Of a stretch of DNA of 64,000 nucleotides, positions 16,405 to 33,192 are shown in pieces. The notes under the pieces were generated by a model, which ran no database searches, had not been told where the DNA came from, and was given only the letters and a program-made list of their open reading frames with translations. Position 1 is the stretch's first letter, and each line of letters opens with the position of its first letter. The stretch is taken from the NCBI RefSeq assembly GCF_009914755.1, contig NC_060928.1; one strand, given 5' to 3'. Both the position numbers and the translations under genes were made by a program. Source of the stretch: the human T2T-CHM13v2.0 reference genome, Homo sapiens.

Positions 16405-16566
16405 CTTGTCAACTTGTTTCTGTCTTAAACCATCTGTGCTTCCTCCCATGATAGAATAAACACTGATACGCCCATCAAACGAAGCAGCTGATAAGACAGC
16501 AGGATTTCGGGGACACCACTGAATATCGAAGCACCACTGTGTGTTGGTGGGAAGTTCATATAACAC
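16405..16566 (-). CDS. SEC31A: SEC31A exon 9 (162 nt), WD40
   Basis: cctag|GTG acceptor, AAG|gtaata donor; VLYELPTNTQWCFDIQWCPRNPAVLSAASFDG...VDK. Confidence 0.97.
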
Positions 16567-17930
16567 CTAGGCCAACAAAAAACAAACAACAAAACTCAGA
16601 AAATGGTATGGCCACTTTGTAACCAAAACACCTGAATTAATGTGGTCAACAAGTATAGCTAAATTGAATATTTTTTTGTAGAAAGTATCTTTAGCCAGGA
16701 AAAAGAATACTAAGATTTTTTAAAGTGCAAGAATGATCCATTACGATGACCTATTCTGATTAACAGGAATGCAGCTTAAAATTTCAATCAGATTTGAATA
16801 AACGCATTTTAAAAACTGAGGCTTTTCTGTGTTCAAAATAATGGATGCATTTGAAAGACCAGCACACTCTATTAGAGTCAACTTTTTTTTTTCTTTTTTG
16901 AGACAGGGTCTCGCTCTGTCGCCCAGGCTGGAGTGCAATGGCAGCAGCCTCAGCTCACTGCAACCTCCACCTCCTGGGCTCAAGCAACTATTCTGCCTCA
17001 GCCTCCCAAGCAGCTGGGATTACAGGCGCCCATCATCATGCCCGGCTAATTTTTGCATTTTTAATAGAGATGGCGTTTCACCACGTTGGCCAGGCTTGCC
17101 TTGAACTGCTGACCTCAAGTGATCCGCCCGCCTTGGCCTCCCAAAGTGCTGGGATTACAGGCGTGAGCCACCGCACCCGGCCTAGGGCCAACTTTTTAAA
17201 CTCTAAAAGATTAGTGATGTCCTGTCCAATTGTTTTTGTCTGGTAAGACCCAAACAACAACCATATTTAGGTTACTTGAGGATCAAATTTTAAAATCAAT
17301 CTTGAGAAGGAAGAATTCACTAAGAAATCTGACTTTTAATCACGAGAGAAAACATGTACTATACACAACCTTCCTATCACTGCAGAATCCTAACAGAATT
17401 CGGCATTAACAGCTTCCTTTAGAAAGAAAATGACAGAGAAAGAACTATAGAAAATGACCTACATGAGGCTGGGCATGGTGGTTCACGCCTATAATCCTAG
17501 CACTTTGGTAGGCTGAGGTGGGCAGAATGCTTGAGCCCAGGAGTTCAAGACCAGCATGGGGAACATGGCAAAACCCCATCTCTACAAAAAAATACAAAAT
17601 ATTGGCCAGGCATGGTGCTGCACGCCTGTAGTCCCTGCTAGCTGGGAGGCTGAGGTGGGAGGACTGACGGAGCCCAAGAGGTCAAGGTTTCAGTGACCCG
17701 TCATGGTGCCACTGCATTCCAGCTTGGGAGACACAGCAAGACCCTGACAAAAAAATAATTAATAGTACTAAAAAAAAAAATAAATAAATAGAAAATGGCT
17801 TATATGAAACCTTCACAATGTAATCCTTGTTGTGAACTCAAAGTTAGTATGGTGGTTAACTGCTACTCACAGAAGCAACATCTTAGGACTTTATGATAAG
17901 TCAAATGAACTTAACTCTGGCTTCATGTGA

Positions 17931-18107
<177 letters not shown>

Positions 18108-18314
18108 TAATTTTTGTATTTGTTGTGGAGATGGGGTTTCACCAGCCTGCCTTGCCTCCCAAAGTGCTGAGATTACAGGTCTGAGCCACCACAAGTGGCC
18201 CACGTGACATTTAAAATGTTTCATTTTATTAAAAAATAGAATTAATTGAAAAGGTATTTAGCCTGCTCACGTCTTTGGTATTTATTTTGTTTGATAAGAT
18301 GTGTGGTTTGATAA

Positions 18315-18711
<397 letters not shown>

Positions 18712-19573
18712 TAAAAGTCTCTTCCTTCAAAGTCCAAGCACACACAACTAATCACAGGCAAAAATTCATCTAATTAAATTATATTACAGAGAAAATGATA
18801 ACAGAATAGTAAGTTCCATGAATTTTGAATTTACTTGGCAAGGCACAGTGTAAAATTAAGATTTTTGTTATCCGTCCTACAAATGATATGCGGTAAAATT
18901 TATTAATTTTTTTTCTCTTGTCTCCCCTAATGTTAATGATTCTATATTGTTACATCCACAACTCTTAAACCAGAAACCAAATAACTAAAGGGCTTGTTTT
19001 AATTTTAACAATATAGATGAAAACTTATCGAAGACACTCTTTATTTTTATTAGCATTCCATCAAACTACATAAGCACTAGCAATCATCTACCTTCACATA
19101 AAAAAGGTAAAAATATAAAAGCTATAATTTATATTCTTGCTTTATCATTCAGAAGAGAGATTGGAAAACTGTATCTACTGATTTCCAGAAGTGAAAGAGG
19201 ATCCTCAGGAACGGTAAAGCAGGCAAAAGATGCAAACCTTGAACAATCCTACATCGAAGATACTGATTCCCATAAACCACATGTGAAATAAATCAAAGTA
19301 TTTCTGAGTCTAGGTAATAAACACATTATTGGAAATGAGGAGGGGATGGTTACTAGTTTAAAATATACTATTTGAATTACTGATTTTTCTGGTTAAAAAG
19401 CTGAGTTTAGATTATGTTCCTGATAAAATTGCTGCCAAATAAACACTGCACACACACGTCCACATACTTTTCACATAGTAATCCACTAAAGAATCCACAC
19501 AGAAAATTTCTTATGTAGCCAGAAGTAACATACTATAAGGGCTACAAGGTTGAGACACATTTCCTGCCCATAC

Positions 19574-19673
19574 CTCTCCTGTGTTTGGATTGGAGCAGAG
19601 AATCTTAGCATCTTTTCCACAGCTCAGTAACAATTCAGGATCTGCCATGCTCCAAGCAATTGCCAAAATCCCC
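19574..19673 (-). CDS. SEC31A: SEC31A exon 8 (100 nt), WD40
   Basis: tatag|GGG acceptor, GAG|gtatgg donor; GILAIAWSMADPELLLSCGKDAKILCSNPNTGE. Confidence 0.97.
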
Positions 19674-19840
19674 CTATAAAAAACATAAAGGAACAAGGAA
19701 ATTTTTAATCTTGAGAAAACCAAATCTCAACTATTTCTGCCTAGTTTTTGTAGATTCACACATTGTTAACAGAAATACAATTAAATGCAAGAGTTTCAGC
19801 GCCGGGCGCATTGGCTCACACCTGTAATGCCAACTACTCA

Positions 19841-19948
<108 letters not shown>

Positions 19949-20560
19949 TCAACATAAAATAAAAAAAGAAAAACAAAAAAAGAAATAAAAATAAAATAAA
20001 TGCAATATTTTCAGAAGCAACTTAGTAACGTATATGCTATCTGATCATTACAAAGACATGGATGTTCAATGTAGTGCAGTGTATGACAGCAAAAAAGTGA
20101 AAACAAATGCCCAACAGACTATTTCACAATAAATTACAGACCACCCTTCCATGAGAAAATATGTAGATAAAAATTATTCTATACACTTTGGGAGGCCAAG
20201 GCAGGAGGATTATTTGAGGCCACGAGTTCAAGACCAACCTGGGCAATATAACGACACTCTGTCTCTACCAAAAAATTTGAAAATCAGCCAGTTATGGTGG
20301 CGTGTGCCTGTAGTTCCAGGCATACTCATGAAGCTGAGGCAGGAGGATTACTTGAGCCCAGAGGCTCATGGCTGCAGTGAGCTATGGTGGCTCTATCCTG
20401 GGCAAATCAGCAAGACCCCATCTCAAAATATATACGTATCATTTTGTGGAAATCAACTTCTTACCATTATATGGTATTCATGATTAACGAAAAAAGTTAT
20501 CTAACTATATGCACAAATTATCCTATTTGTATAAAAATTATATTGGGATTATACATGCAT

Positions 20561-20585
20561 ACACACACACACACACACACACACA
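20561..20585. repeat. (CA)n microsatellite
   Basis: About 12 AC units read directly. Confidence 0.95.
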
Positions 20586-20749
20586 AGTAACTTAGGTACA
20601 GTAAAATGTTTTACCTATGGATGGGCATGAAATCTAACTGCAGTAAGTAGTTACTTAATTTAGGAACTGTGACTTTAAGCAAAACAATGGATAACAAAAC
20701 CAATTTTACCATAGACTAACTGATAACTGACATAAACATTAAGTTCCTA

Positions 20750-21122
<373 letters not shown>

Positions 21123-21190
21123 TCACGAAAACATCACCGACATGTTCAGAAAATAAACAAATCAAGTTCTTTGTAACAGCAGCACGATAC

Positions 21191-21333
21191 CTGGCATGGT
21201 TTTCCAGGACACGAAGTGGAGAGGAAGCAAATCGAAGATCCCACATCTGGATCACTGGTAACCGGTCATCCTCGGAGGCAAGGACCATCTGAGTAGCAAC
21301 ATCAGGATGCCATGCCAACCCAGAACAATGCAT
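21191..21333 (-). CDS. SEC31A: SEC31A exon 7 (143 nt), WD40
   Basis: gcag|ATG acceptor, CAG|gtatcg donor; [34 protein letters not shown]...ENHAR. Confidence 0.97.
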
Positions 21334-21938
21334 CTGCAGATAGTTAAGGTTCACATTTTATGAATCAAATTACTTTATGAAAAGCCAAACTACAACGAGA
21401 AATATACCTTTATTGAAACAAATAGTGAAAAACATCAGCTGTGGCTTATTTTGTTTTATTTATGATTTATTTATTGTCAGCCAGGCTGGAGTGCAGTAGC
21501 GCCATCTCAGCTCACTGCAACCTCCACCTCCCCCAGGTTCAAGTGATCCTCCTGCCTCAGCCTCCTGAGTAGCTGGGATTACAGGCGCAAGCCACCATGC
21601 CAGCAAACTTTTGTATTTTTAGTAGATATGAGGTTTTACCATGTTGGCCAGGCTGGTCTTGAACTCCTGACCTCAAATGATCCACCCACCTCGGCCTCCT
21701 AAAGTGCTGGTATTACAGGCATGAGCCACCGCGCCTGGCCTTAGTTTATTTTAAACAACAAAACAAAAAAAAATGTAAAACTACTAAATTTTATTGAACA
21801 GTCTTAAACAGTAGTCTTAAAAGTAAGATATTTGAATATTTTCTCAATTCATGCAGCTATTTGATACACACAAAACCATTCTGAGTCAGAATAACTGTAT
21901 ACCAAAAATGAGTTTTACTATCAAAACTATAAGTTTAG

Positions 21939-22082
<144 letters not shown>

Positions 22083-23329
22083 TAGCTGGGAGTACAGGCA
22101 CACACCACCATGCCTGGCTAATTTTTTGTATTTTAGTAGAGAAGGGGTTTCACCATGTTGCCCAGGATGGTCTTGAACTACTGAGCTCAGGCAATTCGCC
22201 CACCTCGGCCTCCCAAAGTGTTAGGATTGAGCTACTGCGCCCGGCCAGTAGAGAAAACATTTTATGCACATTTAAAATACTTTCAGAAAAACGAAAAACA
22301 AAAAACAGATAAAAGATTAACACATACAGGCTGGGCGTGGTGGCTCACTCCTGTAATCCCAGCACTTTGGGAGGCCAAGGCGGGTGGATCATGAGGTCAG
22401 GAGTTTGAGACCAGTCTGGCCAACATGGTAAAACCCATCTCTACTAAAAATACAAAAATTCGCCAGGTATGGTGGCGGACGCCTGTAATCCCAGCTACTT
22501 AGGAGGCTGAGGCAGGAGAATTGCCTGAACCCAGGAGGCGGAGGTTGCAGTGCCATGATTGCGCCCCTACACTCCAGACTGGGTGACAGAGTGAGAGTCC
22601 CTCTCAAAAAAAAAAAAACCCTTAAAAAAATTAACACACACACAAGACACAAAAAACCCCATACTTTTCCTCTATTTTATCAGAAAAATCAAGGCAAAAT
22701 ATCTGAAGCAAAAACTACCATTTAAATTTTCATATGGAATAAATTAACATTATTAGGAACTATCTGCAAGTTCAAATTCTATTAAATATTCCACAAAATG
22801 ACTAAAATGCTTCTGGTATGGTTTATTCCATTGAAACTTCTGTTTTAAAACTCCTGATTCACTTGAAAACAATACTCTGAAGAAGTGTTCTCCCAAATAG
22901 TTTTTTGTTGTTATTGTTGTTTTTAAACTACATATGTATGCCTGACTTTTGGCAAACTTATTTTAGAAAATGTCAAACTATCCAATGTACTCATAAACAA
23001 ACAAACAAAAAAAGCTCCAAATTATATCTAAATTATTTTATGGCATCTAATGACATAAAAAAATAAAGATACCTAAAAGGTTCAGAATTTAATGTGCTCT
23101 ATGGGTAAGTGCCGAAAATATATTAGCTCATTTTAGCAGTACCTAATCAGAGGAAGAGATGAGGCCAAGAAGTCAAATATTACAAGTTCACAGTGATGAA
23201 GCTTCCAGCAGGAAAAATTTTTACATTCTAAGAAAAGTTAAAGATGAATTAAAAAGTTGCTGCAATGGCCGGGCACAGAAGCTCATGCCTGTAATCCCAG
23301 CACTTTGGGAGGCCGAGGCAGGCAGATCA

Positions 23330-23578
<249 letters not shown>

Positions 23579-23859
23579 TTAAAACAGCTAGCAAAGCAAA
23601 ACCACCAGTATATCATGGAATAAGTTCCTTGATTAACCAATCTCTCTTCATCATTAATAATATCCAACATATTTATTGGGAATTTTATGATTTTCCCTTA
23701 GAGGAAAAAAAACAAAACATTCCTTCTAACATGACTGATTAATAAAAAAACAGGATTTGACTTCACAGAAATTTGATTTGTTGTCAACTCTGACAAACAA
23801 TATAGGAATACCTACAGCAGAAATACAACATGTTCATCACAAGTCAATCACATACTTAC

Positions 23860-24000
23860 TCTGTTACTATGGTCACTGACTTTGATGATTGGCTCATTTT
23901 TCCTAAGATCCCATACAGTGGCCCGGCCACTGGGACTGGCTGATGCTAAAATATGCTGAACTTGTCTGTTCCATGCAATGCAGCTGATATCTTCTGGCGG
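23860..24000 (-). CDS. SEC31A: SEC31A exon 6 (141 nt), WD40
   Basis: gtag|CCG acceptor, AGA|gtaagt donor; [20 protein letters not shown]...[20 protein letters not shown]. Confidence 0.97.
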
Positions 24001-24975
24001 CTACAAGGAAGAAACAGTTAATAAAAACTGCTTGTTTCTCTATTATAATCAAATTTAACTGTAAAATTGGATCCTTCATTTTGAAAAGTGTATTACTTAA
24101 AAATCTGATCCATTTATGCCACAAATTTGCTTTATAGTCCTACATCTCTACATTCTCAACACATAAAATTATACGACTTAAAATGCAGGTACATACCACT
24201 TCAAGTGTATTATCTTGTTTCATAATATCTCATTCAACAAGAATTTTATTGAATTTCTGCTATAAACCAAGTACTGTTTCTTTACTTTGCAACTGCTGCA
24301 AGGTAGATTATGGACCACAAAGTAGATGTTGGTGACTATGACAGAAAACTAGGCAGGGCAAAATTACAGCCTAGACCATTAGCAAAATACCTTTATAAAT
24401 GGTAGTGCATATGCTGTCATTATGCTACCTCTCAGATTGCCAAAATGTTAGAGCCAGTTACAATGGCTACTCAAGTTGGATAGCCTATACAACATAAAGA
24501 AACTCAGGGAAGAACAGGAGAAGACTGTTGTTACCAAACTTAATAGAAATACACAAGCAAAGGGCTTGAGGTATTTATTTTAAACCTTGTCTTCCATGGT
24601 CTTGTCTAAGTGTGTTTTAAGAAGGTTGGTTGTTGCCAAAACACAGAGCAACTATCACACAAAGAACAAAAATAATTATACTATATCTAAGACAATTATT
24701 AAGGATTTTTGTTCATTTTGTTTACTACTGTATGCCTAGTACAATGACCAGTGTCTACCAGGTGGTAGGTACTAAATAAATATTTACTCTTGATGGACTC
24801 ACTGATACTTTGAAGAAACATATTTATTAATTACTGAAGAAAAATCAGTAATATCTAAACAATGATTTTAAACATATATGTTTTGTGTGAGAAGCCTTAA
24901 AAGTGAAATAAGTAGGTTTAGGAGAACTACTTTTGGCTTTTTTGATTACAATGATCAAAATCAATATAAAAATAC

Positions 24976-25071
24976 CTGTGTTTTGGCTCCTGGTGTCATT
25001 GGGGTTGCAAAATTATTTAGATCCCATATGTAGATTTCAGATTCATTAGCACCAGAAGCTACCAGATTAGT
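24976..25071 (-). CDS. SEC31A: SEC31A exon 5 (96 nt), WD40
   Basis: gcag|ACT acceptor, CAG|gtattt donor; [32 protein letters not shown]. Confidence 0.96.
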
Positions 25072-25279
25072 CTGCAAGAAGAAACCATAACTAAATAGCA
25101 CTTATGAATAATTAAGAAAATTCAGAATAACTCAGTTCAGAGCTAGAAAGATATTAGATGTAGCATACACAATTTTTCTATTTAATTTGAAAAGTGAAAA
25201 ACATATGCATGAATTTCTAAATTATGCATAATTCTTTCAAAATTTAAAGTTTTCTAGAAAAACATAAAATTCTACTTAA

Positions 25280-25685
<406 letters not shown>

Positions 25686-26872
25686 TGAGGATTACTGTTT
25701 GTATCTTTGCATCTCTGGAAGGAGATTTAATTATAAGATTAAAAAGGTCATCAATTATTGCTTTCAGAAAAAGCTGAATCCTAAAACTGTGGCATCTTTC
25801 TCAGGATACCTCAAAGCCAGCTTCCAGAGCTGAATCAATACAGCACTAGTAAAATCTCTTGTCATAACTCTTCACATATTTCTAGTTCATATACACTCAA
25901 TCTTATTCCAGGTGGCAATATTTCTAGGTTTTCTCTGGTACATACCTTAAGGGTCAAAAAGAACCTGAAATTGTAATATAAAGTACAGGAAGATAATGGG
26001 CTTCATATACTGACCTTCATCCACTACTATTTACTCTTACAAATTATTCTCTATCAGTTGGCATATAACTAAAAAAAGGGAGACATTCTATGGTAGTAGC
26101 TACCTATAACACAAAATACTTTATTAAAAATCATCAGCTGTTCAATACAATTAACAAAGGAGTTAGCTAAAGAGCAGATACCACAAACTATAGAAACGAA
26201 GGCTGGGCACAGTGGCTCATGCCTGTAGTCACAGCACTTTGGGAGGCTGAGGCAGACAGACCACTTGAGCCCAGGAGTTTGGGACCAGCTTGACCAACAC
26301 GAAAAAACCCTGTCTCTACAAAAATTAGCCAGGTGTTGTGGCTCATGCCTGTAGTCCCAGCTACTCAGGTGGCTGAGACAGAAGACTTGCTTGAGCCCAG
26401 GAGGTCAAGACTGCAGTGAGTCATGAGCCACTGCAGTCCAGCCTGGCAGAGGGAGCAAGACGCTGTTTCAAAAAACAAAAAACAACAACAAAAAAGAAAT
26501 AAACAAGTTGGGTTTCTGTATTGCTATACCCTAAGTATCTATTTATAATATAAGAAAAGGAACTATTTAAAATTTTCTTAATACTCATTTTTGGTTGTTA
26601 TAATCTAGTATCCTATTAACTCAAGGTCTTTTTTTTTTTCCAGACAGGGTCTCTATGTGTCACCCAGGTTGGAGTGCAGTGGTGTGATCATAGCTCACTG
26701 CAGCGTAGACCTCCCAGGCTAAAGCCATCAACCTACCTCAGCCTCCCGTGTAGCTGAGACTACAGGCGTGTGCCACCATGTTCTGCTAATTGTTTGCATT
26801 TTTTGTAATGACAGGGTTTCACCATCCTGTTCAGGCTAAGATCGTTATTAAGCTGTGCATTTATATAATTAA

Positions 26873-27275
<403 letters not shown>

Positions 27276-27527
27276 TAATCTCTGTCATAAACATAAAATT
27301 TCTCAATTAATAAAACAGTGAATTAACCTGGACATCACAGCACCAGCCTAATGCTGACCTAGCATGAACTTTTAAAAGGCAAGGTTTCCAACCTATAGGG
27401 ATCTTAATGTTTATAAAATGTCTAATCAAATGGCGTGACATCTTCAGACTTAAACCTATTAGCCAGCTGGGCACAGTGGCTCACGTCTGTAATCCCAGCA
27501 CTTTGGGAGGCCGAGGCGGGCGGATCA

Positions 27528-27917
<390 letters not shown>

Positions 27918-27980
27918 TCATATACTGATTTCAAATGAGCAGCACATAGTCTAAGAATTATGAAATGTTAAAGTCTTAAC

Positions 27981-28179
27981 CTGGAAAATGTTCACATCCA
28001 AGGCTCTCACTGGGCCAGTATGCTTGTCATTCTGGGCAATCACAACTTCCTTGTCTCCAGCTATAATTTTAGAAGGATCATAGAGAATAATATTTCCATT
28101 TTCACCACCTGCAATCAGAACTCCAGAGACATCTCCTTTGGAATCCATTTTATAAGGCCCCCAAATCAACTTGTGGTAC
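27981..28179 (-). CDS. SEC31A: SEC31A exon 4 (199 nt), WD40
   Basis: gtag|GTAC acceptor, CAG|gttaag donor; YHKLIWGPYKMDSKGDVSGVLIAGGENG...HTGPVRALDVNIFQ. Confidence 0.97.
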
Positions 28180-29178
28180 CTACAGGAGAAAATGAATAAA
28201 ATCATTCATTCTTAAAGTCAAATAAATGTAGACAAAAAATTGAAATTATACACTTAATTTTTAATGTTTTCATAAACAGTCCAAATATATTACTTTCCCA
28301 CCACTCCTGGTAACTATGTATGACTTTGGTGTAATAGTATTTCATTTTTTATTTATACTCATATTTGCATATGTGATTTTGTAATCCTTAAAGAGTAAAA
28401 ACTCTTGTAAGGTAGTGTAACAAAATATACTTGAGTTGTGTGTCAAAAAATATGAGCTTAAGAATGATTTTACCATTTAGAAACTGTGAGACCCTAAGTT
28501 ACTTAATCTTCTTAAATTGCCTCTGGTTCATTGTAAAATAGAGCTAATCAATCACTTCCCTCGAAAGGTAAAAACACTCTTTATTTGACTATAGAAGGGT
28601 CTCATGCTTTGACCTTTGTCTGAAAAAAAAAAAAAAGGGGGGGTCACTAACAAGTGGTCTGTTAAATAGTAAAGGTGTTAAAGGAGTCATGTGAAATTTT
28701 CTAAGAAAAAGAATGTATTCTAATGGTAGAAAAATGACATCAAGATTATAACAAGTACCCCTACTATTAGAGAATAAAATATATGGTCCAGAATGGAGAT
28801 GAAATATGAAGGCAGAAAGGTATACGATGATACAGATGGTAGTAAGCAGAAAAACTACTAGACAAAAGGTATCTGGGGTTCCCATCCCACTGTGACAGCT
28901 CTGAAGAATATGAGCAGTCCCATGAAACTGCATGATTTGAGCTATATTCTGTCAGCTAAAGAGCAATCTCTTTAAACCCTGCTAATATATTGAGGCAATA
29001 AAGCTTATTTTATTACTGAAATGAAGACCTCCTTTCTCTGCATTACAATAGGGCATAAGTACTTGAAAGTATGATCCAAATACCTAGTTACCTAGTGTAT
29101 TAGAAATCGTGTCAACAAAACTGTGAGATATATTTCTAAATATCGTAACAGAAGAAAATAAAAATAAGCTACCATTCA

Positions 29179-29433
<255 letters not shown>

Positions 29434-29495
29434 TCAAAAAAGAAACAAAAACAAAAAAAACCACACACACACCAAAAAAACAGAAAAAAATGCTA

Positions 29496-29903
<408 letters not shown>

Positions 29904-30048
29904 TCACTCACATGCTTTTTCACAAAATATTTCATGTTCTTGATGGTATTCCTTGTAGTTTCTAATAATGGCATAATTATAGACAAATTAGGAATCAAGA
30001 ACAATATATAATTAAATAATCACATGAATTTAAAGCTGAACCTCATAC

Positions 30049-30172
30049 CTGTGAGAAGAGGAGAATGTGGCACAAGATTTCATATCCAAGGATGGATCAG
30101 AGAGGTCTAATTCAAATATCTCAAGGGAAGCATTCGTACTAAATGTTGCATCCAATTGCTGAGCAGATGTTC
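30049..30172 (-). CDS. SEC31A: SEC31A exon 3 (124 nt)
   Basis: tatag|GAAC acceptor, CAG|gtatga donor; [27 protein letters not shown]...SSSHR. Confidence 0.96.
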
Positions 30173-30527
30173 CTATAGAAAATATATTTATGGTAACTAT
30201 ACACACAAAAATAAAAGATCAGAGAAACCATACAAAACAGAAGTTAAAAGCATGTTTTCCATTCTCTTGCTCATGAATGCTGCACATATGCCATTGAGCA
30301 GATGCTTAAATTACTATAGCAATGAGATTCTGGCACAGGGCTAGGAGAGGATGTTTATAAGAGTGGGTAGTGTAAATAATTTTTTAAGCCTGTATATATT
30401 TAAAAATCTCTGTAAAAATGGTCCCGTGATGGGGGCTGGGCACGGTGGCTCATGCCTGTAATCCCAGCACTTTGGGAGGCCGAGGTGGGTGGATCATGAG
30501 GTCAGGAGATCAAGACCATCCTGGCTA

Positions 30528-30749
<222 letters not shown>

Positions 30750-31107
30750 TTATAGACATATATGATATAACTATTTCTTTTTATATAAAAATGCTAACAT
30801 CAAAATTGCTCTTCATTCATTCAAACTGATATTAACTGTTTTTTTTACATGCCATCTATTGTGCTTAATACTGGAGGAATAAAGATAAAATACAATTCCT
30901 GTGAAGGAAAATATTTTAGATGTAACACATCATGATCAAAATGCTATGGGAACACAGAGGAAGAACACTAAACTTGGCTGATAGAATGTCAGTAACTTGC
31001 CAGGGAGAGAGAGGCTTTCTAGAGAAGATAAAGCTTAAACTGAATAAGCTAGGTGCAGAAGAGAAGAAATTAGGTAACTCATACTATCTTCTCTCCTTTG
31101 AACTTAC

Positions 31108-31186
31108 CTGTTGCTAGGTAAATGGGGTGATTCTGGGCAGGGCTCCATGCCTGCATGGCTGTACGATCTACTTCCTTTAACTTCAT
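31108..31186 (-). CDS. SEC31A: SEC31A exon 2 coding part with main start codon (exon begins at 31190); COPII outer-coat protein Sec31A
   Basis: tttag|CAGGATG acceptor, ATG at 31186-31184, CAG|gtaagt donor; [26 protein letters not shown]. Confidence 0.97.
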
Positions 31187-31490
31187 CCTGCTAAAGGGAA
31201 TATTTTATACAGAAACAGCCTTGAATGACTTGAATGTCTAACACAGAACACAGATATTTTAAATAGAAACATACTGAACAAACCACTACAACATTAGTAA
31301 TGCCCAACTGCAAATAAATCAAATCGGTTTAGGTGTCATTTGTTGGATATATTCATTAGAAAGAAGACAAACTTGAGGCCGGGTGGCTCATGCCTGTAAT
31401 CCCAGCACTCTGGGAGGCCAAGGCGGGCGGATCACGAGGTCAGGAGATTGAGACCATCCTGGCTAACACGGTGAGACCCCATCTCTACTA

Positions 31491-31649
<159 letters not shown>

Positions 31650-32194
31650 TCAAAAAAAAAAAAAAAAAAAGACAAACTTGATAAACCATTTTGAGACAAA
31701 TACTGGGCTATTCTGTTTACAGATTATAGTTCTTCAGTTGAATCAGTCTAGAAAAATAGCCCACAAAAATAATAAGGTAGTACCTGAAGAATTAACTTTG
31801 CTACACATGTGTTTATCCAACTAGGATGGATGACAAAACATTACGGGTAAGAGCAGCCAAAAAATAAATAAGGTGCAACTTCCTGGAGTAGGATTACTCA
31901 ATGATAAGAGCAGTTTAAAAAATTAATTCAAAGTTACAACATATTAGAGAGAATATAGTAAGCCCACAGATTTTAAAGATAAAGTAGAAATTATTAGAAA
32001 ACTGGTCACTTCAAGGTATAATCCCATATACCACTTGTTTACGTATTTTCTGTCATTAAAGTTACTTTGATGGAGTCAGGCATGGTGGCTCATGCTTGCA
32101 ATCGCAGCACTTTGGGAGGACGAGGCAGTTGGATCACTTGAGGCCAGGAGTTCGAGACCAGCCTCGCCAACATGGCAAAACCCCGTCTCTATTA

Positions 32195-32464
<270 letters not shown>

Positions 32465-32804
32465 CTATAAGATGTACCATAATTACCTAGTCTAATACCA
32501 ACAAACACCTAAGCTGTTTTTAGCTATTTTTACAAAAAAGTGCTGAAATAAATGGTCATCTGCACGTTATTTCATTAAAAAGGGACAGCTATAAATTTCC
32601 AGAAGTAAAATTGCTAAGTTAAAAGGTTAATGCAATTTTAATTTTGATGAATATTACCAAGTTGTCCTCTATGGCAATTGTGCCTTTTCATACCACCAAC
32701 AGTAATATACGATTACTTATTGCCCTACAGCCTTATCAGAGCATACTGTCACACTTTTAGATCATACCAACACTAAAAAATGAAAGGCCAGGTGCAGTGG
32801 CTCA

Positions 32805-33192
<388 letters not shown>

